Source: Blastocatellia bacterium (GTDB taxonomy: Bacteria > Acidobacteriota > Blastocatellia > DASRDY01). Taken from it: a stretch of 64,000 nucleotides of DNA. Below the pieces are notes generated by a model, which ran no database searches, was not told the origin of the DNA, and worked only from the letters and a program-made list of their open reading frames with translations. Position 1 is the first letter of the stretch; each line of letters opens with the position of its first letter. Position numbers and translations under genes: made by a program. This document shows, piece by piece, positions 47,098 to 56,010 of this stretch. Location of the stretch: positions 14,973 through 78,972 of the forward strand of contig DASRDY010000034.1 in assembly GCA_035652355.1 (NCBI GenBank). The letters run 5' to 3'.

Positions 47098-48105
47098 ATG
47101 ACAGTCAAAGTCGGTATCAACGGTTTTGGAAGAATCGGTCGTAATATAGTTCGGACAGCGCTTGGCGACAAAGATATAGAATTTGTAGCAGTTAACGATA
47201 TCACAGATCCCCATACTCTTGCACACCTGTTGAAGTATGATTCGGTTCTTGGAACCCTCGACGCGGATGTTAGTTCAGGTGAAAACACCGTCAATCTGAA
47301 CGGCCACGCGATCCGGGTTTTCGCTGAACGAGATCCAGCCAAAATCGACTGGGCTTCTGTCGGGGCGCAGATTGTCATCGAATCGACCGGCCTCTTTACC
47401 GACGCGGACAAGGCCAAGGCTCATCTCCGCGATGGGGTAAAAAAAGTTATCATATCGGCTCCGGCTAAGAAAGAAGACATCACAATAGTCCTTGGCGTTA
47501 ACGATCAGATGTACGATCCTGAGCGTCATAACGTCATCTCAAACGCGTCCTGCACGACCAACTGTCTTGCGCCTATTGCGAAGGTCGTTCACGATAACTT
47601 CACGATTCTTCGTGGCAACATGACGACGATCCATTCGTATACCAATGATCAGAAGATTTTGGATCAACCGCACAAGGATTTGCGACGTTCACGCGCGGCA
47701 GCAGTTTCCATGATTCCAACGTCAACCGGCGCCGCAAAGGCGATAGGACTGGTGATGCCCGAATTGAAAGGAAAGATGGACGGATTTGCTGTACGCGTGC
47801 CGACTCCAAATGTATCGGTCGTTGATATGAACGTTGTCGTGAGTCGCGCAACCACAAATGAAGAGGTTAATGCCGCGCTGAAGGCTGCTGCCGAAGGACC
47901 GATGAAGGGAATTCTGCAATACTGCGACGAGCCGCTGGTATCGATAGATTTTCGCGGAAACTCGAATTCATCGATCGTTGATGCAGATTGCACGAAAGTT
48001 GTCGATGGAACGCTTGTGAAAGTCGTGTCCTGGTATGACAACGAGTGGGGATACAGCTGCAGAGTTCGCGACCTGGTGAAGTTCATAACTAACAAAGGAA
48101 TTTAA
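47098..48105 (+). CDS. gap: Glyceraldehyde-3-phosphate dehydrogenase (type I).
   Basis: It has MTVKVGINGFGRIGR, SNASCTTNCLAP and WYDNEWGYS. GAGGAG lies upstream of the ATG at 47098. Confidence 0.95.
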   Translation: MTVKVGINGFGRIGRNIVRTALGDKDIEFVAVNDITDPHTLAHLLKYDSVLGTLDADVSSGENTVNLNGHAIRVFAERDPAKIDWASVGAQIVIESTGLFTDADKAKAHLRDGVKKVIISAPAKKEDITIVLGVNDQMYDPERHNVISNASCTTNCLAPIAKVVHDNFTILRGNMTTIHSYTNDQKILDQPHKDLRRSRAAAVSMIPTSTGAAKAIGLVMPELKGKMDGFAVRVPTPNVSVVDMNVVVSRATTNEEVNAALKAAAEGPMKGILQYCDEPLVSIDFRGNSNSSIVDADCTKVVDGTLVKVVSWYDNEWGYSCRVRDLVKFITNKGI

Positions 48106-48184
48106 CGCTTTCAATTTTCAGATTAACGGGCAATCGATAAGATTGTCGGGTGGGGTTTTCTCGATTTAAGATACAGTAGAGGAA

Positions 48185-49369
48185 ATGGCCAAACTCTCGA
48201 TTACCGATCTCGACTTAACGGGTAAAAAGGTATTTATCCGGGTAGATTTCAACGTTCCGATCGATAACGTAAAGGTTACCGACGACACCCGCATCCGGGC
48301 TGCCTTGCCCACAATCAAGTATGCCAAAGAGCACGGCGCAAGGATCGTTCTGGCATCGCATCTCGGCCGTCCGAAAGGAAAGGTCGATCCGAAGTATTCA
48401 CTGTCACCTGTGGCGAAACAGCTTTCAACTCTTCTCGAAGAGCAGGTCGAACTGGCGCCCGATTGCATAGGACCAGACGTGAAGAAGATGGTCGACGCTC
48501 TCACCGATGGTCAGGTGTTATTGCTGGAGAATCTGCGTTTCCATGCTCAGGAAGAGAAGAACGACGAACAGTTTTCACGCGAGCTGGCTTCGCTGGTCGA
48601 TCTTTATGTTAACGACGCATTTGGTACTGCCCATCGGGCGCATGCGTCAACGGTGGGAATGACCAGGTTTGTCAGTCAGGCTGCAGCAGGACTGCTGATG
48701 CAAAAGGAACTGGAATATCTGGGCAAGGTTTTGTCCGATCCAGAACATCCATTCGTCGTGATACTTGGCGGCGCGAAAGTGTCAGACAAAATCGAGATAA
48801 TCGAAAACCTGTTGAAGTCAGCCGATTCACTGTTGATCGGCGGCGCAATGGCTTACACTTTTCTGAAGGCGAAAGGACTTCCGATCGGTCAATCGCTGGT
48901 GGAATTGGATAAGCTAGAGCTTGCAAAGAATCTTGAGAAGCACGCTCGACAGCGCGGAGTGAAGCTGGAGCTTCCGTCAGATCATGTAGTTGTTGATAAG
49001 TCTGACCAGGAAGCGGCCCCAAAGACATTGGCTATTTCGGCCACACGTCCTGGCCAAGCCGGTTTGGACATCGGACCTGAGACGGTCAAACGCTTTTCCG
49101 CGGAGATCGAACAGGCAAAAATGGTTTTGTGGAACGGCCCGATGGGCATGTTCGAGTTGAAGCCGTTTGACCGCGGCACCGTAGCGGTCGCGCGCGCGGT
49201 TGCATCGAGCAGTGCGACCAGCATCGTAGGCGGTGGTGATTCCGTCGCAGCAGTTACCGAAGCTGGCATTGCCGATAAGATCACGCACATCTCGACGGGC
49301 GGCGGCGCAAGTCTGGAGTTTCTATCAGGCGTCGAGTTGCCAGGTGTCGCAGCCTTAACGGATAAGTAG
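48185..49369 (+). CDS. pgk: Phosphoglycerate kinase.
   Basis: It has [12 protein letters not shown] and SHLGRPKG, and a C-terminal GGGDS...STGGGASLE. Confidence 0.95.
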   Translation: MAKLSITDLDLTGKKVFIRVDFNVPIDNVKVTDDTRIRAALPTIKYAKEHGARIVLASHLGRPKGKVDPKYSLSPVAKQLSTLLEEQVELAPDCIGPDVKKMVDALTDGQVLLLENLRFHAQEEKNDEQFSRELASLVDLYVNDAFGTAHRAHASTVGMTRFVSQAAAGLLMQKELEYLGKVLSDPEHPFVVILGGAKVSDKIEIIENLLKSADSLLIGGAMAYTFLKAKGLPIGQSLVELDKLELAKNLEKHARQRGVKLELPSDHVVVDKSDQEAAPKTLAISATRPGQAGLDIGPETVKRFSAEIEQAKMVLWNGPMGMFELKPFDRGTVAVARAVASSSATSIVGGGDSVAAVTEAGIADKITHISTGGGASLEFLSGVELPGVAALTDK

Positions 49370-49370
49370 C

Positions 49371-49472
49371 CTCGGAGCGCACGCGTCTCGCGTGCAGGGC
49401 CCAGGATAAGAGTACGTTTGTTGTTAGATAATCACAGTCGGAAAAAGGCACGCGAGGCGCGTGCGCTCCCAG
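49371..49472. repeat. BIME-like element: two inverted REP units of family B with a 52-bp spacer, between pgk and tpiA.
   Basis: The left unit is CTCGGAGCGCACGCGTCTCGCGTGC (49371-49395). The reverse complement of 49448-49472 is CTGGGAGCGCACGCGCCTCGCGTGC. They match at 23 of 25 positions. Confidence 0.65.
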
Positions 49473-49477
49473 GAAAA

Positions 49478-50248
49478 ATGACCCAACCTAGAAAACCTGT
49501 CATCGCTGGCAACTGGAAAATGTATAAGAACATCGGTCCCGCTGTCGAGACCGCCCTTGAGCTAAAGCCTTTGGTTGCTAACGCAACTCACTGCGAGGTC
49601 GTCATTGGCCCGGTGTACACTGCCTTAAAGACTCTCGCCGACAGGCTGGAGGGTTCGAATATCAAGCTTGCCGCACAGAACGTTGCCGACGAACCAAACG
49701 AGATGGCTTATACCGGTGAAGTGACGGCAAATATGTTAAAGGATGCCGGCGCCTCCTACATTATAGTGGCCCATTCCGAGCGCCGACAGTTCTTTCACGA
49801 GACAGATGAGAGAGCTAACCGGAAGGTCAGATGTGTGCTCGATGTTGATTTAACACCGATTTATTGTGTCGGTGAGCGATTGGAAGAACGCGAAGCGGGC
49901 CAAGCGGAGGAGCGAGTCCGAACACAGTTAGAGGGCGGTTTGCGTAACTTGACAGGGTCAGACGTGTCCCGTATCATCGTCGCTTACGAACCGGTCTGGG
50001 CTATCGGTACAGGCAGGACGGCAACGCCCGGCATTGCCCAGGAGATGCATGCATTCATCCGGCATCATCTTTCAAACATGGTTGGCAAACCCACGGCGGA
50101 GACGGTGCGGATCCTATACGGAGGCAGCGTCAAACCCGACAATATCGCTGCTCTAATGGCACAAGACGATATTGATGGAGCGCTGGTAGGAGGCGCCAGC
50201 CTGGATGCGAAGACTTTTGCTCAGATTGTGAACTACAATCGGAGCTGA
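49478..50248 (+). CDS. tpiA: Triosephosphate isomerase.
   Basis: It has VIAGNWKM, AHSERR and YEPVWAIGTG. The start is the ATG at 49478. The ORF-track extension is a translation of the repeat element. Confidence 0.95.
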   Translation: MTQPRKPVIAGNWKMYKNIGPAVETALELKPLVANATHCEVVIGPVYTALKTLADRLEGSNIKLAAQNVADEPNEMAYTGEVTANMLKDAGASYIIVAHSERRQFFHETDERANRKVRCVLDVDLTPIYCVGERLEEREAGQAEERVRTQLEGGLRNLTGSDVSRIIVAYEPVWAIGTGRTATPGIAQEMHAFIRHHLSNMVGKPTAETVRILYGGSVKPDNIAALMAQDDIDGALVGGASLDAKTFAQIVNYNRS

Positions 50249-50267
50249 TCAATTGAGCAGGTAAACT

Positions 50268-50684
50268 TTGTTAGGAATAATTCTCACAATACTTTTGGTA
50301 ATCGCAAGCTTCATCCTGATTGGTGTCGTGTTGCTCCAATCCGGAAAAGCAGATGCAGCGGCTCTCTTCGGCGGTGGCGGTGCGCAGACTTTTGGTCCGC
50401 GTGGCACGGCGACAATTTTGCAGAAGGTTACAGTAGGCTCGGCGATAGCCTTCATGATTATTACCTTCCTATTTATGGTAGGTATTGGCGGTCCCCGATC
50501 CGCGGCTAGTGGGATAAGGGAGAGAGCTCCGGTTAATGTTCCCGCTCCTCAGCCGACGCCGCCTGCTAATGCGCCAGCGGCTCAGCCGTCAGCAACGCCT
50601 GCTCCACAATCGGCTTCGCCAACCGGTACGCCGACGCCGCAGCCGAACCCAACGACTCCGGCTCCGGGTCAGCCGAAGAAGTAG
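50268..50684 (+). CDS. secG: Preprotein translocase subunit SecG with a Pro/Ala/Thr-rich C-terminal tail.
   Basis: It has two TM segments and LLQSGK...GG...FG. Its position after tpiA and before tRNA-Leu fits secG. Confidence 0.85.
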   Translation: MLGIILTILLVIASFILIGVVLLQSGKADAAALFGGGGAQTFGPRGTATILQKVTVGSAIAFMIITFLFMVGIGGPRSAASGIRERAPVNVPAPQPTPPANAPAAQPSATPAPQSASPTGTPTPQPNPTTPAPGQPKK

Positions 50685-50743
50685 TTTTGAAGTCAGTACC
50701 ATCTGCGGTAGCAGATGGTAATAGAATCTAAAGCCTCCTGAAC

Positions 50744-50828
<85 letters not shown>

Positions 50829-50834
50829 GTAAAC

Positions 50835-50876
50835 AAAGAGCCCAGACCTTTCCCAAGGTGTGGGCTCTTTGAATTT
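50835..50876. terminator. Bidirectional terminator between tRNA-Leu and phoU.
   Basis: AAAGAGCCCA (50835-50844) pairs with TGGGCTCTTT (50861-50870), with extra inner pairing ACCTT/AAGGT. A/T runs lie on both sides. Confidence 0.7.
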
Positions 50877-50893
50877 AAAACGAAGATCAGCTA

Positions 50894-51577
50894 TTACGCT
50901 TCTGGTAGCGGTCCGCCCAACGCATGTTCATGCTTAATGACGCGTGCTTCTTTCACATACACGACCATTTCACAAATGTTAGTTACCTGATCGCCGATAC
51001 GCTCCAGGTGCTTGGCGATGAACAAAAGCTGGGTTACTCGCGTGATTGTTTTTGGGTCTTCTGCCATGAAAGTGAATAACTCGCGAAAGACCTGCGCATA
51101 TAGATTATCGATTTCGTTGTCTTCCTGAATAACCTCGCGAGCTTTCTGGCTGTCGGTAGTGGCATAAGCCTCAAGCGCGCCGCTCAGCATATGAAGCGCG
51201 ATCTCCGCCATTCTAGGCAGATCGATATACGGTTTCAGCTGAGGCTCCTCAAGCAGGAGCAGCGATCGCCTGGCGATGTTCGATGCAAGATCAGCCATTC
51301 TCTCGAGAATCGGCGCAATCTTGGCCGACATCAGTACGAACCTGAGGTCGCGCGCTGCCGGGGTTTTTAGAGCGATAATATCCAGGCAGAATTGGTCGAT
51401 CTCAAGCTCCATCCTGTCCACGACGTCATCACCATCAATTACCTCTTGCGCGAGTATTGGATCGCGCTGCACGAGCGCGCGCATTGCTCGGGAAATGGCC
51501 GCCTCCGCCGCTCCACCCAGTATCAATATCTTATCGCGCAAGCCATCCATACTTGCTTCCAGAATTCTATTTGCCAT
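50894..51577 (-). CDS. phoU: Phosphate signalling complex protein PhoU (copy 1).
   Basis: 227 aa with two PhoU repeats (D..VD..E..ID... and E.D..ID). It is the last gene of the pst operon. Confidence 0.9.
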   Translation of the reverse strand: MANRILEASMDGLRDKILILGGAAEAAISRAMRALVQRDPILAQEVIDGDDVVDRMELEIDQFCLDIIALKTPAARDLRFVLMSAKIAPILERMADLASNIARRSLLLLEEPQLKPYIDLPRMAEIALHMLSGALEAYATTDSQKAREVIQEDNEIDNLYAQVFRELFTFMAEDPKTITRVTQLLFIAKHLERIGDQVTNICEMVVYVKEARVIKHEHALGGPLPEA

Positions 51578-51632
51578 TGCTCACCCTCTATTTTTTTATA
51601 AACAAACACGGGCGCGATGCCGTCCGCAGGTA

Positions 51633-52586
51633 TTAACCAAACCGTCCTGTAATGTAATCTTCAGTCATCTGGTTGCTGGGATTCGTGAAGATCTTTTCGG
51701 TTGTGTCAAATTCGATAAGCTTGCCCAGCCAGAAAAATGCAGTGTGATCAGAGACGCGAGTCGCTTGCTGCATATTGTGAGTGACGATGACGATTGTGAA
51801 TTGATCGCGCAACTCCAGGATCAACTCCTCTATTCGCTGAGTCGCAATTGGGTCAAGCGCCGAGCACGGCTCGTCCATCAGAATCACTTCAGGCTCGACT
51901 GCCATTGCACGGGCTATACATAAACGTTGCTGTTGTCCGCCCGAAAGGCCGGACGCCGACGTCTTGAGACGGTCTTTAACTTCTTCCCACAACGCAGCGC
52001 CGCGCAAGCTTTTCTCAACCCTGGCGTCTAAATCCGCCTTTGATTTGGTCAGATTGTTGATCCTGACACCGTAAGCGACATTGTCATAAATTGAACGCGG
52101 GAAGGGATTCGACTTCTGAAAAACCATTCCGACTCGTCGCCGCAGAAGATCGACGTCTGTTCCCGGATCATAAATATCTTCACCGTCGAGTTCGACTCGT
52201 CCTTCTAATCTCGCCTTCGGGATAAGATCGTGCATGCGATTGAGTGCGCGCAACAATGTTGACTTACCGCAGCCAGACGGACCGATAAAGGCGGTGACCT
52301 TGTTTGATGGAATCTTCAAAGAGATGTCATGAAGAGCGTGCGACTTGCCATAATAGAAGTTGACGTTTTCGATCAGGATTTTGTGGTCTGTAGTGGCCTT
52401 TGAATTATCCTGATCGCGCCGTTCTGCCTTTGCTGTCTGGCCTTGTTTCAACTCCGGAGACATCGGCTTTGTTGTATACATAGTGGTGTCGTTCCCTGAT
52501 ACTTCTTGAGATCCGTTACCTGGGGCTGTTTCAGTTGTGTTTTTGTCCACCTGAATATCCGGTTCGATCTGTTTTTGAGGAGTCAT
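51633..52586 (-). CDS. pstB: Phosphate ABC transporter ATP-binding protein PstB (copy 1), with an N-terminal low-complexity extension of about 65 aa.
   Basis: It has Walker [10 protein letters not shown], the [14 protein letters not shown] signature, and a C-terminal [10 protein letters not shown] typical of PstB. Confidence 0.9.
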   Translation of the reverse strand: MTPQKQIEPDIQVDKNTTETAPGNGSQEVSGNDTTMYTTKPMSPELKQGQTAKAERRDQDNSKATTDHKILIENVNFYYGKSHALHDISLKIPSNKVTAFIGPSGCGKSTLLRALNRMHDLIPKARLEGRVELDGEDIYDPGTDVDLLRRRVGMVFQKSNPFPRSIYDNVAYGVRINNLTKSKADLDARVEKSLRGAALWEEVKDRLKTSASGLSGGQQQRLCIARAMAVEPEVILMDEPCSALDPIATQRIEELILELRDQFTIVIVTHNMQQATRVSDHTAFFWLGKLIEFDTTEKIFTNPSNQMTEDYITGRFG

Positions 52587-52669
52587 TTCTATTTACCTTC
52601 GACTTGCTGCGCATCTGGGTAAGCCAAGTCTTCTCATTTACGGGCATTCTCAGCTGATTACTCTCTGCA

Positions 52670-53506
52670 TTATGAATGCTTCGACCGCAAAATGAACTTC
52701 ACTGCTATATTCAACATAAATATCATTGTGATCAGGACCAGCGTCGCAGACCACGCCATCGCATGCCAATCCTCGTAGGGGGAAGTCGCATAGTAATAAA
52801 TCTGATAAGTAAGCGACGCCATTGGCTGATTGAGATTTGTGTTCAGATAACCCAGTCCCAGAGCTGTAAACAGCAGCGGCGCCGTCTCGCCGGCAACGCG
52901 CGCGATGGCCAGCATACAACCGGTTCCGATTCCGCCCGCGGCTGTGCGCAGCACGACCCCGAGACTTACGCGCCAGCGCGGCGCCCCCAGCGCCAGTGCG
53001 GCTTCGCGCAATTCCATAGGTACCAGCTTGATCATCTCTTCCGTGGTTCTGGCCACGATTGGCGCCATCATCATTGCTAAAGCAAGTCCGCCGGCCCACC
53101 CCGAAAAATGTCCAGTTGGCTTGACTATCGCCGTCCAGGCAAATACACCGATGATTATTGAGGGAACGCCTATGAGATTGTCGATCAGGAAACGAATAAT
53201 ACTCGCAAGCTTGTGAGCTTCTGTTTCGGCGAGAAAGAGCCCTCCGAGTACGCCGATCGGGATCCCAATAACGGATCCTACCGCGACAAGTATTGCTGAT
53301 CCTACAATCGCATTGCGTATGCCGCTGTGAGCCTCTCCTACCGGTTTAGGATCATTAACAAGAAAGTCCAGGCTTAGATATCGAACTCCGCCAATCAGGA
53401 TATAGGCCAGAATCGCGAAAAGCGCGACTATGACCAGGACGGCGCAAAGCGCCGTCAGCCCGGTCATTATTCTGCTTATAAATTTGCGTTGAGCCAGACT
53501 AGCCAT
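52670..53506 (-). CDS. pstA: Phosphate ABC transporter permease PstA.
   Basis: It is a polytopic permease with an EAA-like loop (ELREAALALGAPRW). Its ATG at 53506 overlaps the pstC stop (TAATG). Confidence 0.9.
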   Translation of the reverse strand: MASLAQRKFISRIMTGLTALCAVLVIVALFAILAYILIGGVRYLSLDFLVNDPKPVGEAHSGIRNAIVGSAILVAVGSVIGIPIGVLGGLFLAETEAHKLASIIRFLIDNLIGVPSIIIGVFAWTAIVKPTGHFSGWAGGLALAMMMAPIVARTTEEMIKLVPMELREAALALGAPRWRVSLGVVLRTAAGGIGTGCMLAIARVAGETAPLLFTALGLGYLNTNLNQPMASLTYQIYYYATSPYEDWHAMAWSATLVLITMIFMLNIAVKFILRSKHS

Positions 53507-54522
53507 TAGACAGCCTTCCCGTAACCTCGCGCCACGCTCCAGACAAGGATTCGGGCCAGCGAGTTTATAATGAATGTAATAACAAACAGGATTAAGCCGA
53601 TCTCGATAAGCGACTGTCGCCATATTTCCGACGTCGCATCGGTAAACTCATTCGCTATCGCGGCGGCGATTGTCGTTGACGGTGCGAACAACGATATGGC
53701 AACCTCGGCGCGATTTCCTATCAGCATTGCTACCGCCATCGTTTCGCCGATTGCGCGTCCCAGCCCCAGAATGATGGCGCCTGTGATACCAGACCTGGCG
53801 TTTTGTAAAACGATCGATGTTGTTTCCCACTTTGTCGCGCCAAGGGCGAGGGCCGCCTCGCGCTGGGTATTTGGAACAGCGCGCAGAATATCGACGCTAA
53901 TCGCCGTGATAATCGGAACTATCATGATCGATAAGATAATTCCCGCGGTCAGCAATCCCAGACCGTTTTGGCTGCCCTTGAAAATCGGCAGGAATCCCAG
54001 GGTCGACTGCAGGGCAGGATAAACATAATTGCGAAGCAGGGGTGCTAGAACAAAAATTGCCCAAAGCCCGTAGACCACTGAAGGAATTGCGGCCAGCAGC
54101 TGTACGACAAACCCTATTGGATCAGCGATCTTACGCGGAGCTTGCTCGACAAGATAAATTGCCAAGCCTACGCTGATCGGTACAGAAATGATCAAGGATA
54201 GTAGAGATGAAACAACCGTACCGTATATGAACGGGAGCGCGCCAAAGTCCTCCGTGACGGGATTCCAGGCGCTTCTCCAGAGGAAATGAATGCCGAATTT
54301 GCCAAATGCCAGATTGGAATTAACTGCCATCGCGATGATCATAATCACCACCAGCGCAGCTATTCCACCGGCGAAAAGAAATGTTACAGCGTTAAAGAGG
54401 CGATCTCCAAAGCGGTGAGATAGCCTTTGAAACGCACTGTCGGGTTGCAGTTGTTTTCGGGGTCCCGCAATCTGCACGGACCCCGAAAAATCAGACTGTT
54501 TGGGTGCGCCTACTGTTGACAT
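53506..54522 (-). CDS. pstC: Phosphate ABC transporter permease PstC.
   Basis: It is a polytopic permease with an EAA-like loop (QREAALALGATKWE). Gene order is pstS-C-A-B. Confidence 0.9.
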   Translation of the reverse strand: MSTVGAPKQSDFSGSVQIAGPRKQLQPDSAFQRLSHRFGDRLFNAVTFLFAGGIAALVVIMIIAMAVNSNLAFGKFGIHFLWRSAWNPVTEDFGALPFIYGTVVSSLLSLIISVPISVGLAIYLVEQAPRKIADPIGFVVQLLAAIPSVVYGLWAIFVLAPLLRNYVYPALQSTLGFLPIFKGSQNGLGLLTAGIILSIMIVPIITAISVDILRAVPNTQREAALALGATKWETTSIVLQNARSGITGAIILGLGRAIGETMAVAMLIGNRAEVAISLFAPSTTIAAAIANEFTDATSEIWRQSLIEIGLILFVITFIINSLARILVWSVARGYGKAV

Positions 54523-54550
54523 TGAGGTACCCTACTTTTTCGTCTCGAAA

Positions 54551-55642
54551 TTAGGACGTATGCAAAGGCTTGCCCTGGAATGTGATCGAGTTAATCTTTT
54601 GTTCGTCCTTCGTAACAACGTCGGCTGGAAGCTTCGCATAGGCTAGTCCTGGCGCAAACTCCTCACCAGCGTGAGTGGCCCACCATAGGAATTTGACAAG
54701 GGCTTTACCTTTTGCCTCATCCGGCTGATCTTTGTAAACCAGAATATAAGTGAACGAGGATATCGGGTAAGAGTCTTTTCCCGGCGCGTTCGTTATAGAC
54801 ACTCGTAAATCATCAGGAATTTGACCTGACGCGCTGGCAGCGGCTGCAGACACAGAGTCGAGCGAAGGTTTGACAAACTCGCCGGCGGCATTTTTCAGCG
54901 TTGCGTAACCAAGCTTGTTCTGTAACGCGTAGATCAAATCAACGTAACTTACTGAATACGGCGTCTGCTTAACCTGCCCCGTTACGCCTTCACTTCCTCC
55001 TGCTCCGACGCCCACCGGCCACTGTACTGATGTGTTCGCTCCGACTTTATCTTTCCATTCCGGGCTAACCTTGGATAGATAATCCGTGAAGATAAAGCTG
55101 GTCCCGCTGCTGTCAGAGCGGTGAACGACCGTGATATCTTTCGCTGGAAGATTAACGCCAGAATTGCTGGAGGCGATTGCAGGATCATTCCACTTCTTGA
55201 TGGTTCCCATGAAGATTCCTGACACGGCCTCGGGTGTGAGCTTTAATTCTCCTGTAATTTCAGGCACGTTGTAAATAATTACAACGCCGCCCAGAACTGT
55301 CGGTATATGCAGAATGGGGGCCGGAGCAGCCTTGAGATCATCATCTTTCATCGGCGCATCGGATCCTGCAAAATCAACAGTTTTTGCTTTTATCTGCGTA
55401 ATTCCGAAACCGGAACCCTTAGATTGATAGTCGAATTTGGCATTAGGGGTAATCTTATTGTACTCACTGAACCACTTCTGATAAAGCGGATTCGGGAAGG
55501 TCGCGCCCGCGCCCTGAAGTCTAACTTCAGGAGCGTTTGCATCCGTTGTGTCCCCGCCACATGCTACGAGCAGCAGAGAAAGTGACGCGATTGCGAGAAG
55601 GATTGCTCCGATTTTCGCGGAACTTACGGGATTCTTTGACAT
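54551..55642 (-). CDS. pstS: Phosphate-binding protein PstS (lipoprotein-type signal).
   Basis: It has the lipobox LLVAC, then GAGATFPNPLY..W and SGTS motifs. Confidence 0.9.
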   Translation of the reverse strand: MSKNPVSSAKIGAILLAIASLSLLLVACGGDTTDANAPEVRLQGAGATFPNPLYQKWFSEYNKITPNAKFDYQSKGSGFGITQIKAKTVDFAGSDAPMKDDDLKAAPAPILHIPTVLGGVVIIYNVPEITGELKLTPEAVSGIFMGTIKKWNDPAIASSNSGVNLPAKDITVVHRSDSSGTSFIFTDYLSKVSPEWKDKVGANTSVQWPVGVGAGGSEGVTGQVKQTPYSVSYVDLIYALQNKLGYATLKNAAGEFVKPSLDSVSAAAASASGQIPDDLRVSITNAPGKDSYPISSFTYILVYKDQPDEAKGKALVKFLWWATHAGEEFAPGLAYAKLPADVVTKDEQKINSITFQGKPLHTS

Positions 55643-55720
55643 TTTGTCTTTCCTCCATATAGCCTCCGACGAGGCTTATTACCAGGAAGGGTCCAGTGTA
55701 AGGGGCGAGTATCAACGGAA

Positions 55721-55748
55721 TGTAACAAGCTTGTCACATTAAATTAAA
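55721..55748 (-). promoter_or_regulatory. Putative Pho box upstream of pstS.
   Basis: On the plus strand it reads TGTAAC-aagct-TGTCAC-attaa-ATTAAA, hexamers phased at 11 bp. On the minus strand it reads ...GTGACA-N5-GTTACA. It lies 80-105 bp upstream of the pstS ATG. Confidence 0.45.
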
Positions 55749-56010
55749 TTCACCCTTTTCACCGATGCGCGAAGTTCGGATCCTCTTAAGTTTCCGACGC
55801 AGTTCTGCCCGAGCCAAAGCATTCTGAGAACCATTAACCTGAATAAAGCGTGTTATTAGAACAGCGAAACTTGGGCTGGGAATTGCAACGTAACTCACTA
55901 TTCCTGCTACCCTTCCCACAACAAACAGGTCGGGTCACGTCTGGAACTGCTTTGTGAAACAGGGAGGATCGTCTTTACGAACCCTCCCTTGCTTCTTAAT
56001 AGGTCAATGC

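Noticed and set aside
55734-55919. A 61-aa minus-strand ORF in the porin-pstS intergenic region.
   Set aside because: It has no SD sequence, overlaps the Pho-box-like array and the likely pstS promoter, and has a non-protein-like composition.
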